Positions 25,701-38,300 of a stretch of DNA of 64,000 nt are shown piece by piece. Position 1 is the stretch's first letter, and each line of letters begins with the position of its first letter. The notes under the pieces are model-generated. The model had not been told where the DNA came from. It did not search any database and saw nothing but the letters and a program-made list of their open reading frames with translations. This stretch comes from Tubulanus polymorphus (taxonomy: Eukaryota > Animalia > Nemertea): contig NC_134035.1 in NCBI RefSeq assembly GCF_964204645.1, positions 12,990,451 through 13,054,450 of the forward strand. Reading direction: 5' to 3'. The translations under genes and the position numbers were made by a program.

Positions 25701-28700
25701 TAAGATCGATTTTAATGCAGCAGACGGAGGACAACTAGATTGAAGAGAAAAAGAACATGAAACTTTGTACATCATTTTATGAAAGGAGATTTCAAGATTT
25801 GTTAACCATTTCATTGCATCTACACCGGTGCATGAATCGGTGATGAAATTCATTAGTACATCGCATCGCAGTGTATTGATGTTATCAGTAATTAGTTTTG
25901 AAAGATGGTAGCACCTGTTCTTTTCAAAATTACCATTTAAAAAAATTTCATTTCGGGTGCAAGTTTCAATGTACACGTTTGAATACGATTTCTAACAAAC
26001 CTGAATTCATGTTTATCACAGATCGGTAATAGGGCTCTGTAGAATTGCATCGAGTCCACGCCGTCGTGTAGGTCGCCAGCGATTGCCGCGGCGGCCGCAG
26101 GTGGTTTCTCTTCGGAGCGTACGATTGGCTGATCTTGTGTCGGTACGATGACAGTATCGCGAGGAGTTGAACTCATCAGAGCTTTATATAAATCAGCACA
26201 TTTACTGAGAAATTCTATAAAATAGAACATATTCAACTAGAGAATTTACTCAACGAGTTACAGTAAACTTTGTATAAACTCATGAGTTTTGATCTTAATG
26301 AGTAAGTTGAGACCGGTAAAATTCTACCCCGAGTTGGTGTTAAATACTGAGTAAGAGTTCGTGAAATACAGTAGACTCTATCTCTTACTGCGGTAAAGTC
26401 AAGACTGGTAAAATTCTACCCCGAGTTGGTGTCAAATACTGAGTAAGAGTTTGTGAAATACAGTAGACTCTGTCTCTTACTGCGGTAAAGTTGAGACTGG
26501 TAAAATTCTACCCCGAGTTTGTGTCAAATACTGAGTAAGAGTTTGTGAAATACAGTAGACTCTGTCTCTTACTGCGGTAAAGTTGAGACCGGTAAAATTC
26601 TACCCCGAGTTGGTGTCAAATACTGAGTAAGAGTTTGTGAAATACAGTAGACTCTATATCTTACTGCGGTAAAGTTGAAACTGGTAAAATTCTACCCAGA
26701 GTTGGTGTAAAAAACTGAGTAAGAGTTTGTGAAATACAGTAGACTCTGTCTCTTACTGCGGTAAAGTTGAGACTGGTTAAATTCTATCCCCAGTTGGCGT
26801 CAAATGCCAAGAACTCTATCTCTTGCTGTGATTAGGTCAGAGTTCGGGTATTTGTTCAATTCTTACCTTCGTAATAGAATTGTACTTGAAACGCGTAGAG
26901 GAAATCCGAGAATGAAATGAGACAATCGATAGCGTCATCGATCAGAATTATACGAGCCGTTTTCTGTACGAGATCAAACGGAAAATCTTGACACAATAAA
27001 CAAATATGAGAATGATATTCCTTCATTGTTAGTAAATCTGAAATACAATAATACATTAAAAGATACTTAATTTCTGTTGTTGATCTTACATTCATAATGG
27101 TTATAGAGCCAAACTTGGTTAAGGTGATGACGCCCATCGTGTTGACGACTTATCATCAAAATGATGACTTACACTTAGTGAATTGAAAATACAAATTCCG
27201 ACTCAAAAATTAGAGATGACTTCAGTCATGTGATGACTTATCAGATGGAGACTAGATTTATTCGGGGCCCAGTTCCACAAAAAGGTTAACTCTTAAATCG
27301 ATTTAATTTCTTCATTAATTCAGTTTATCTTAAATCAATTTAGGCCTTAATCCCTTTTGTGAAACTGGGCCCAGATGAGAGGTGGATCTCAAGCAGTATT
27401 TGAACATCTACTACAGATGCACCAAATAATCCAATCTGACAGGTTGTAAGGGGTCTTTTTTGCCAGTTTAAAGAGAGAATTCTCAGTGCTGTAGAAAAGT
27501 TGCAGCCCAAAAATCTTTTATTCGTGAAATTTTAAAAAGCACCAAAAATTCAGAATATGGAATATTTTATGTTCTTGAATGATACCGACCTCCTTTCTTG
27601 CCGATTTGTCGGAAACATTTCCAGATTAAACCGATGAATGAAGCTCGATTGTGAGGAGTGCTCTTAATGAAACTAAACTCTCGGTATACAACATGATTTC
27701 CATCTCTCACCGAACTGAAACTAAAAACAATTCAAACATCGTCATCATTTTTATAACGATGACGATAATAATTCAGCCTGAAATCCATGCACATTGTATA
27801 TTAGTCAGTAACCTGTCTGTGGTTTGGTTTCATGATCGGATATTTTCACAAACCACAAAAGCCAATCCGATTATAAAAAGCTTACCACCAACGATTAGGT
27901 AACTAACTAATTGTATATGAAAAGAGAGAACAGAGACAACTAAAACGGTTTCATTTAAACAGCTTTGATGAACAAATGGGTTTTAAGCTTAGATTGAAAA
28001 ACATGACACCAATTCCACAGTTGTTAAAATTAGTTCATTTTCGATTAGTTAACTCTTGACACAGAACTGCCGAACTGGGCCATGGATTGAGGGACTAGAT
28101 TTGATTAGACTAGGTGACATATTCCAGAGTACTGGGGCAGAATACAAAAAGTCAATTATGATGAGACACTCAAAGAGTCTCAATCTTGCTTCAGGAAAAC
28201 TTTCCCACACATTTTTGTAATGTAGGATTTTATTTAAACTTCAGATTTAATTTTTAGAAGTTAGGATACCGATAGCCCCCTCGTCCCCGGAATGTGGTAC
28301 TTACTAATCTGAAAAGAATTTTGTTGTATTCACTTTAGGATTTTCATCTTTATATTCCAGTAATTGAGCGACAACATCTTCTAGGTAAACTAACACATGA
28401 TTAGTAGCTGTAAAATAGATCAATACCGTAAGGTTTTAACAGTGTCCTGACCCAAATCTGAATATCAGCTGACGTATGACCGCTAAATCTTGACTCTGAC
28501 CTAATTAATCGATTTTACTGGATTTCTCACTACAAATATTGGAATAGCCCTCAACTGGGCGGTGCAGAGTCGCTAGTAGTAGCTTAGGACCAGAGGGAAC
28601 CCATACGCGCGCGAAGATCAGTAATGCTGTTATTCAAACTGCCCTAAAGGTAGTCTAACAACATCAGAGTTGGGATAAGAGTGACCAGTTGCTCAAAAGA

Positions 28701-29154
28701 TGGTCAGAGTTAATCAGTGGATAGTTGATCAAGTGCCATTTGAAACATAGTTGTCACTATCTATCCGCTGATGGTTATCTTAACCAACATTTGGGCAACT
28801 GCAGCCCCTGATCTGGTAAGCCAATATACTGCCCTAAGTACCCTGAGGCCCTAATTGGAAATGCTGCTTCTCATATCGTGCTAAAAATCTATAAAGATTT
28901 TTAGTGGTGGTGGGACTGGGGTTGTACTTGTTTGTACTCCTGTGTGTAGCGAAACTTCGCAAATTTGAAAAAAGAAAAGAAAAATCGTTGATTTCTCAAT
29001 CAACTATACAAAATCGATTATTTTGACTTTGTGCGAGTATTGTTCCTCCCTTGAACTAGAACTAGAATCCATAATATCGAAAAATACTTGGCATAAATTG
29101 CTGCTTACATAGATATTTTTCGGCTTGAAGAGAAAAACGATCCAGTTTTGCCAT
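22739..29154 (-). CDS. CSTPP1: Centriolar satellite-associated tubulin polyglutamylase complex regulator 1 (C11orf49 homologue). Exons: 29154-29109, 28407-28305, 27720-27590, 27037-26867, 26214-26001, 25734-25625, 25353-25299, 23003-22739
   Basis: HVLVYLEDVVAQLLE, YREFSFIKSTPHNRASF, DLLTMKEYHSHICLLCQDFPFDLVQKTARIILIDDAIDCLISFSDFLYAFQVQFYY and FYGFLMALSK match the C11orf49 family as I recall it; phases are consistent; the last exon is less certain. Confidence 0.9.
26305..26825. repeat. 92-bp tandem repeat, about 5.5 copies, in a CSTPP1 intron
   Basis: ggtaaaattctaccccgagttggtgtcaaatactgagtaagagtttgtgaaatacagtagactctgtctcttactgcggtaaagttgagac. Confidence 0.95.
27802..27909. mobile_element. 108-bp internally deleted copy of the TAGT...ACTA element, 9-bp TSD attgtatat
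   Basis: attgtatat|tagtcagtaacctg ... aggtaactaacta|attgtatat; both ends match the 16369-17216 element. Confidence 0.85.
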
Positions 29155-29303
29155 TTTGTATTACCAGGATTCGAACCTATAACCCCGGAAATAAAAATCG
29201 AAAGAGCCTAAAAACCGGATTGGGATTAAATCGACCCGGTGTTCATTTATGAGTCCGATTACGAGTTTTATCTACATTTCCGGATTCGGGAAAACCCAAC
29301 AAC
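29155..29303. promoter_or_regulatory. Very compact bidirectional promoter between CSTPP1 and the P3H gene
   Basis: Divergent ATGs at 29154 (-) and 29304 (+). Confidence 0.7.
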
Positions 29304-32300
29304 ATGGCGTTAAAACCAGTAAGTGATACGTATTTTTGGAGTTATTTATCGAGAATCTGCCTTTTAATGCTGGTGACAAGTTTTAAAAGTGTTTTGATAA
29401 ACGGTGCCGAACAGTCAGGGGAACGTTACGATGATCTGTACGTGTCCGGGGTTGACGCGTATAACGAGGAAAGATGGTTCGAATGCGTGACTCTGATGGT
29501 TCAAGCTCTGGATTCGTATCGCGAATATAAACGCGATTTAACGCGTTGTCGAGTGACCTGTAAGCGTAGACATGCCGTTCAGAAATTACCGTCGAACTCC
29601 GATCATGACAATCGTGATAGATATTTAGATTTGATATTTTATGAGAGCGTCACGCGTAATGCGGATTGTCTGCGGAGGTGTAAACGCCAGATGTTCGGCG
29701 AGGAGGCAGAACTGGTCACCACTGATCCTGAAATAACCGAGGCGTTTAACAATCTAGAACCGTATAATTATATTCAACTTTGTTTTCACAAGGTAAATTC
29801 TTTACAGTTTATTCTCTCCTAATAACCTAATCATTAATTGGATGGGCTTGTGAAAATATCCGAGTGTGAAACTAAACCACTGCGACTTATTCTCCCAAAG
29901 TTTGATTTTATTTTTGAATTTTTTTCTATTGCTGGAATAAGGACCATGGTATTCCAGGGAATTATGAATTATCTTTAGCATGGTAGCAACTCAGGACCGG
30001 AGAGAAGGGTAAAATAGCTAAAATGGTCTTAAATCTTAAGATGTAAGACCGCTTTTAGACATAAAAAGTTCAAGGCCATAGGGTTGAATTATATATATTT
30101 AATTCAATATTCTTTATGTTTGTCCAGTTTTCACATAAAGTATCGCTGATGTACGTAGAGAATCCCTAACTAATAAAATCATGGAGAAGAAGTCTGAAAA
30201 GTTTCTTTAGAATTCGACTATAACCTGATATATCAGGTTATAGATAGGCCTAATGTCTATTTCAACCTGACTTGAGAGCATTCCAGGTGGCCTAGCTCAG
30301 TCAGTTTTGGTAGTACATACCTGATTAAGGTCTTAGTAGAACCAGAAAGCACAGGCAGTCAACCTAAATCATCATTTTTTAATCCATTTGAAACTGTATT
30401 GAAGGATATCCAAAAAGTCTTCACTGAAATGGGTTAAATGAAGAGAAGTGACTCCATGATTTGAAAGTTTAACAATATGTTTCCATGCCTTCGTACCAAA
30501 CTTCAGTTGGTAGGCATGGAGACATATTGTTAATGCTCTCAAGTCAGGTTGAAATAGACATTAGTCATCTTCAGTCTAGCTTTAAGGAAACTTTTCGGAC
30601 TTCATCTTTCTCATTTTATTAGAATGAGATTCTCTATAAATCGTCATAAGATGGATTAGTGTTGAATATTGCTGATGTTTTGTTTTTAACAGTTAGGTGA
30701 GAATCGACATGCCGCAGCTGCTGCTTATACTTACTTCCTCGGCAATCCTAAACATCAAACAATGATACGCAATATTCATCAGTATCGAGAAATGTCGGAT
30801 GTGAGCGATTCTGATTTCATCAATATGGAGGCTTATAAACATCAGGTGATCATATTCATTTATTCATTCATATCTTAAAACTTGTATTCATGTTAGATTT
30901 ATGTGTTTACATGAAATTTTCAAAGTAAGAAGTTAAGAAGTAGAAGTTTAGTTAGGCCTACGCTGCTGGATGTTTAGTATTTCATCATGTTCTTGTACTC
31001 GATCAGATTCTTTGAAAACTCTTTCTAAATGATAAAAGCTTTTCAAGGTGCTCGAAACACCTTTGATTTGAACAAAATGCCTGATATGTTTTAAAACTCC
31101 TTCAATTTTGAGAGTAGACAATAAGAAATGTTTTGTCTAGTTTATAGTTGTACAGTATGTAATTATGCCTAAATTGATACAGTTGGAACTTTTATACCCA
31201 ATTAGACAGTTACAAAATTAGAAACCGAGTATAGGTAGTGTCTAAGATTGAAAAAAATGGTACAGTCAAACAATTGGTAAAGATAGATATTACGGTTATT
31301 ATTGGGATTTGAAAGTGATTGTGGACATTTCTCCTTAAAAACTCCTTATATCCAGGAATACATGGACTCTGTCTATTGTTTCTATTCTGGATTACGTTTC
31401 ATGCAAAGAAGAAACTCTCTGAGTTTCTGTCGTCGCTGCCCCTGATGTTGATCTCGTCCTAGTTCTAGTTCTACCTATTACTGGTCAACTTCAACATGCT
31501 GAAGATATTTGCCAGGTACTGACTTATGTTGTTAAATCAGTGAGTCCACGAGCACTGATATGTGTCCTACCTGAATAACATGGTTTCACAAGGATTCGAA
31601 CCCACAACCTCTCGGTTGAGAGTCAAACACCTTATCCACCATGCCACAGGACAGGACAGTTTCCTGAGCATAATCTCGTCCGTTTCAACGATCGCGTATT
31701 TTACGAAGGTTGTACAATCTGATGAAACTGTTTTTGCGTTTGTAAATATTCGCGATCAACGTTTCGCCGAATATCGAAATCTGATAAACGTCTTCTCCGT
31801 GGACGTCGATGAGGACGGTCGGTTTATCGAACCCGGCGTCCTCCGTCCAACGAACGTGTAACAATATCGCGCGATATCCTCTCTCGAAATCTATCGATAT
31901 TATCAGATTATTATCGTCGATTATCGCTAATCCGGGACTGTACGGTTTATTACGATTACCACCGGTGGTAATCTCGTAATCATTCAGGAATAGTTCGATA
32001 TCTGCGACGTCCGATAGTTCCCCGTGTTCCGACAGTTTGAACAGTTTCAAATCGGAACTCGAAATCGCGAACTTGTTCCGTCTGAATACGACGAGACCGG
32101 GCCACGTCGCTAGGTAACCGACGGGCAGACGGAATCTCACGACCGACGGGGAGCGACGATCGATTATTTGAATCTCATCGAGATTGAACCTCGTCGCGAA
32201 ACGATCGTCGAGTAAATAGAGATAATCTCCGTAAATCGATATCGTCGATTTGAGATTGTTGCAAATATCGGAGATATCGATCATTCGATAGCTGATCAGA

Positions 32301-35300
32301 TTTGGATGATCGTAACGTCTCAGGAGACATCTCGAATTCTGGGCCGTAAGAATTATCAATCGGAACTTTTTGGATTTCCGATCGTCGAAAGCGACGCCTA
32401 GTATTTTATCGTCACGGAAATCGTAGTCGTTCGCCGGGAATGTATTGTTGTCATCGTCGCCGCGAGATACGACCTTGAGAATCGAACGTTTCCATTCGGC
32501 AACGGCGACGTACGACGCGTCGCGATTCGCGGCGATCAACTGCGGGAAAAACCCGACCGAGTATCGAGCGATCGGATCGAGTTGAACACGATAGAACGAA
32601 CCCGGCGCCGCGAGTCGGGTTTTCCTGTATCGTAGATACCCGATACCGTCACGCCAGTCCGGTAAACTTCCCGCTATAAACTCAATTCGATTTCGTTCTT
32701 CATACTCCGCGTTCACATTCTCGTTCATCATTTCGTTCATCATTTCGGTTATAACGATATCTCCGATATTTATCTCGTTCAATCTCGCGATATCTCGATA
32801 GATTTTCTCGATTCTCGTTCTGCGTTCGTTCAGTATCGTGCGTCTGCTTTCTCTCCATCGCTTTAAACTCGATATTAAAGCGTTTTTATTCACCTCCAAC
32901 GATATCGATATCTCATCGACTTGATTCCTGATATCGGCGAGCGTTTTATTATAGCTTTCATCGATTCCTCGTATGATATCGTCCATCTGTGAAATATACT
33001 CCGGTATCTGGTGGTTCCTGCCCTCACCCTCAGCAGCAGCAGCAGCTGCTAGTAAAATTACCAACCATTTTACTGTAGCCATGATCAGATGATAGTATTG
33101 TGTCTAGTATCATAACCGGGTCAGTTATTTATCAAGTCCAAGATGTATGTCTATGGTATTTTCCGTGTCACATTCTTTTCCTGCCCATTGACTCTGATGT
33201 TTACATGTAGTTTTATCTTAAAATCTTCCAGGGTCCGCTGAAAAATGTTATATGCTAAGATTTTTAAATATCAGAAACTCCTTTAATTTGAGCAAACTCC
33301 TTTAAAACTCTTTCAATTTTGAGAAAAAGGCGAATAGAGATGTTCATCTAGTTTTTCGTTGTACAATAAACTACACCTCGATTGGTACAGTTGGGATTTG
33401 TGCTCATCCAATTAGGCAGTTGCTGAATTAGACAAAAATTTGACAGTAAACAGTTCCAACTTTGGAGGAGTCTACTGTAATTGAGATATGAAAGTGATGC
33501 AGACACTTCCTCGAAATATGAAATTGTCTCCTTAATAACTCCTCGAAATCTCTTTTTATCGAGGATTACCTGATCTACAGGTCAACCCTGAATGTTATGT
33601 TGATTGTCAACCGTGATTGTCAACGTCAACCCTGAATGTTATGTTGATCGTAGTGTAATATATTTTCAGCAATTGTATTCAAAAGGAAGTCGCGATTACT
33701 TAGAAGAGAAATGGTTAGACGTTATAGATCGAATGGAAGGAGCGATCGCTGGATTCATGGAACAATTAGAATCTTGCGAAGCAATGTGCGAAGAAACAAT
33801 AAATCATCGCAATAGAAATACTGACTTCGTCGTAGCCTTAGCAGGTATAACCGTTAGTCCAGTTGCACAGTCATGACTTACGTTTAAAAGTACATCTCAA
33901 TTTCTAAGACCAGTCTTAAGTTGTTTGATTGGTTGAAGAACTGGGTTGGTCTTAGACTGGTCTTAAGTCTCAGCCATGACTATGTGACTGGGCCATCGGT
34001 CTAGTTCATTAGTTCTTGGTTAAAACCTGATTCTTCAGGACCCAGTTCCACTGAGTTAGAGTCAACTCTGAGTTAAAAACAGTACATTTTCAATGAGTTA
34101 ACTCAGAGTTCAATCTTAATTTGGAACTGTGGAACTGGACCCAGAGTAAAAACAATATTGTACCGGTTTATTTTTCAGATCATTACAGCGATGTGATTAA
34201 ATGCTCGTCTAAATGTTCAAACAAACTATCAACGGTTCACGGAAAGTTTGTATTTGATTATATCCCTGATCATTATAACTACCTTCAATACGCTTATTAT
34301 AAACGTAAGTTCAAGTTTTATCCCAATGATAACTGATAACTGATGCTTACTATAAACTATTATCTCATGTCTGAAATGTGTTGTGTTTCAGTGAATGATT
34401 TCCGTAATGCCGCTCGATGCGTTCAGTCATATCTATTGTTTAAACCGACCGATGAGAATTTACTGCACAACAAAAAAATTTATCTCAGCATGCCGGGAGT
34501 GAGAGAAACTGATTTCAAACCGAGACCGGTAAGTAGTTGTAATGATGCTCTACTGATCATTGCTGCTGAATGAGACCACTGTTTTCTGTAGGGTTAAATG
34601 CAGCTTTTAAAAACCTTCAGAACTGAGCGCTTCACAATAAAGCCTCATTGAAGAGGAAACCACAATAAAGCCTCATTGAAGAGGAAATGTTTAAGTTGCC
34701 CCCTGATGATCTCCAGAGATGTTATAGTCCAGAGCAGGCCATCATTCTGCCTTTTTGGACAAGGAAAACCTCACAGACCTCAAAAAATCTTCTTTGAGAC
34801 TGGTCTGTTTTATCAATAGTAGGCCCTACTTGTTGAAGGATGTCTTGAGAGGTGTCTGATGATATGAAAGTGGTTTTTTGAGAAGTACATAATGTACTCG
34901 TGGAGAGTTGGTTTCCATGGACAAATGACTGCCGAATTCAATTTTAGAAAAAACCCACAATAAAACAAAGCAAAACTAATAGAGCAATTGTCAATTTGAT
35001 TCAAATGTAATGAGCCATTTTCACAACAGATTCATTTCTCAAGTACAGTTTTTACAACTGTCCATTTCTTTCTATGTACATAATGCTTAAAGTTTAGTAG
35101 ATTTGGGCTGAAAGTCAACACAATTCTTCATACAGACCGCCCTATAATTCAGTTTTATGAAACGATATTTTTCTCCTAATTTTAATGTTAACTGCTGTAT
35201 TTATATTTCAGGAGGCAGTTAGACTACACAATAGACACGCGGATGAGTCAGCTTTATTGAAATACTTAGAAACGCTGTATACAACATCTGAGTCGCGATA

Positions 35301-38300
35301 CTACAAACCAGTTAATGTAAGAAGCCTTCCTCTCAATATCCCTGAACTTTTAACTTTATGTTTTTACAGGCATAGAAATGTCTTATTCAATAGTCATTAA
35401 CCTCATACCTCAAATATGTAGTGCTTAAAACATGAACAATTCTCACATCTGTATCTGACACTGTGTCATTCAACCTGGTTTCACAAAGCTGTTACCACAA
35501 AGTTTAGATAGTGGAAATCCTATGTTCCCTATGAATGGGAGGTGGCTATGAAAATATTTCCATGAATTCTGAAAGTGTTTATTCATCGCCAAAAAAAATC
35601 ATTCACTTAAAAAATCTGAACGTGTAGTGTCCGGGTTATATAGGGAATTCTGACTGTTTTCTTGAAAATCAGTGAATTCGTATTTCCTATGTCTTGGTTA
35701 TTCTTGCTGGTGATGAGTGGCACAAGGAACCTCTTAAGAATGAACAGCCCTCAGGATATCTTAAGATTTAATCAGGGAATTTTCGGTCAAGAGTCTGGGA
35801 AATATTGGGAAATTTTAGATTCCTTGATTTGTAAGGCCCCCTGAAATTTGACTGTAAAGTCTAATTTCACTCACACCTGCGGAGCTGGGTCCGGACCAGA
35901 CCCTGATGTCCAATCGAAAAATTCTCTATGAATTAAATGTTTTTCAGATCCTAAAGAAGCCCGTTGACCTTGATGACCCGATTAAAATGTATTTATCATA
36001 TCTACGAACCCGCTATACGCAAAACGACAACAATGAAGAAGAATCGCTACGGAAACCGAATGTTCCGAACGTCGTATTCGAAACGAAAGAAGAAGATAAT
36101 TTTCTGTTTAAACATCAAATGAAAACGTTTGAACGTCGAGGGATCGAAACCGTGCGTAGAGACGCGGAACTCGGCGGAGATAAAAGAGTCGTCGTTAATG
36201 GATTATTATCTAGATATCAGTGCAAACAACTCATTCAAATAGCGCAGGTATGTATCAATGAAAATGTATCACTACCAAGCTACATGAAAAAAAGAGAATC
36301 TTAAGCCTGAAACTGATAGGTTTTGAACTGTTAACGAATATTGATATAAAAATACCAGCCCCGGGTAGTTGCTGTGTAGGTTAGCTGATTTCATAAGAAA
36401 TCACAAGTTTTTGCTTCTAGTGCATAGGTAAATCAGTGAACAAGTAGTTCTTTGTAGGTTAACTGATTTCATTTAGAAATCATATGCTTTCACTGCTGAT
36501 GCTTCATCAGGTATATTAGGTAGTACTGCATAGGTAAAATCTACTTGTTTTCCTACTAATAGAGCAGAAAGTTTTACTTTTCATGAAACTGTACGTTGAC
36601 CAAGTTTCACAGTTGTGAGGTAGTTTTGAGTTTAAGTAAATGTTTTCTGTTTTCAGTTGGGAGGAGTCAATAGTTTTGGACGTACGGATATACCGACTAA
36701 AGTAAACGATTTGCTGAAACTCGGAGTTGAATTGATACGAGATTTAAAACTAGATAAAGCTACTGAGGTATGGCGTTCAGTTCAACAATCCTCATAGAGT
36801 AGAATATGAGAAATTCACTCTTAATTCATTCATTTCATTTCTTGTTTCTCAAAGCTGGCAAATTTAGGCACGTTGAAATGGGACGCGACCGAAGCCTATA
36901 TGGAAATGGTTGAATTAGTTCGCAGTTACTTACAAACATATTACAACCGCACTGTGTTACACTTTCAAGATATACAACTCGTTTGTAGACAAGTCAAAAC
37001 CGGTAAAATCATCTTCTGAACTTTGATTCCAGGATCCAGTTCCACAGTTGTTCCAGGATCCAGTTCCACAGTTGTTCCAGGATCCAGTTCCACAGTTGTG
37101 AGTTAACCTTTGACTTGTTAGAACAGTTAGAATATTGAATATGAACCTCTGAGTTAACTCTAACTCTAACTCACAACTGTGAAACTGGAACCAGGGTTTG
37201 AAATACAGGAAAAGAAGTTCACCTGTAGAGTTAATCTTAACCCCAAACTGCGGAACTGTGTCCTCGATTTTCTGGTGGTTTCCAATGGATTTTAAAGAAC
37301 TCAGTATTATGTGTTTTAGATGTCAAAGTGCCGGAGTTAGTTAAACAGAAAACGTGCGTGCCACAAGAAGATGGAAGCTGCCGGAAATTAGACAATTCTC
37401 AATCGTCCCCGTTCAGGTTCGTTTGTTACTATAGTAAGATGAGAGACTACAACAATACAATCAGTTCAACAAGTGTCTCCAGATTATTTGAATTTTAAAT
37501 TCAAATCTTCTCGTTCTTGATTTAATGCAGGGCTGTTGTTTTTCTGAATAACGACTTCGAAGGAGATGGAAAGTTTTATTTCGACGATTCAAATCGTAAA
37601 GCCTCGGAACAGGTAAAAACCACGCGACATTCATTTAACAACTCGTCTTGGAAACGTATATTCGGGTATCTGAATTTTTGGGTCATTTTTGTAGGTATCA
37701 GTGGCTCCCTCTTGTGGAACTATGGTCGCGTATCGTGGTACTGATCAACATAGAATAGGAACGATTTCTTCGAATGATCGCTGCGTTTTATCGGTCGGTT
37801 TAACATCCGATCAAAACGATCGTAACACCGATTTTCTGACCGCAAAGCGCCACCTAGCAGTAGCTCGCATGAACGGATATGTTTTTTCGGAAGAGAAAAT
37901 TTTAGGCGATAAAATGGCGGAATTTAAACGAGAAGGTGTTTCCATATCTATGGATGAAACAGAACTGAAAGGTGAGATTCAAAATGTGATCGCTGTGTTT
38001 AAGAATCCAACGTTCAGCTGAACTACATGTAATAGTTAAATCCCAGTCACTAAATGGTTCAGGTTTTACTAATATGCTACATTTGCCGCAGATGACAAAA
38101 TGTCTGAATGTCTCTAATTTATAAAATTGCAACCTATTGTGGCTCCAACTGCCCCACCAAAATTCACCTGCTGCTTTAGTGAAGGTTTATTCATCCCGTC
38201 AGATCCGATGCAACCATGCAGTCAACTGTAGTTCAGATGTAACATGAATGTAATGATTTCAGGTGCCGAAAGAGTTGCTGCTGATGGTGTTATAACTGAT

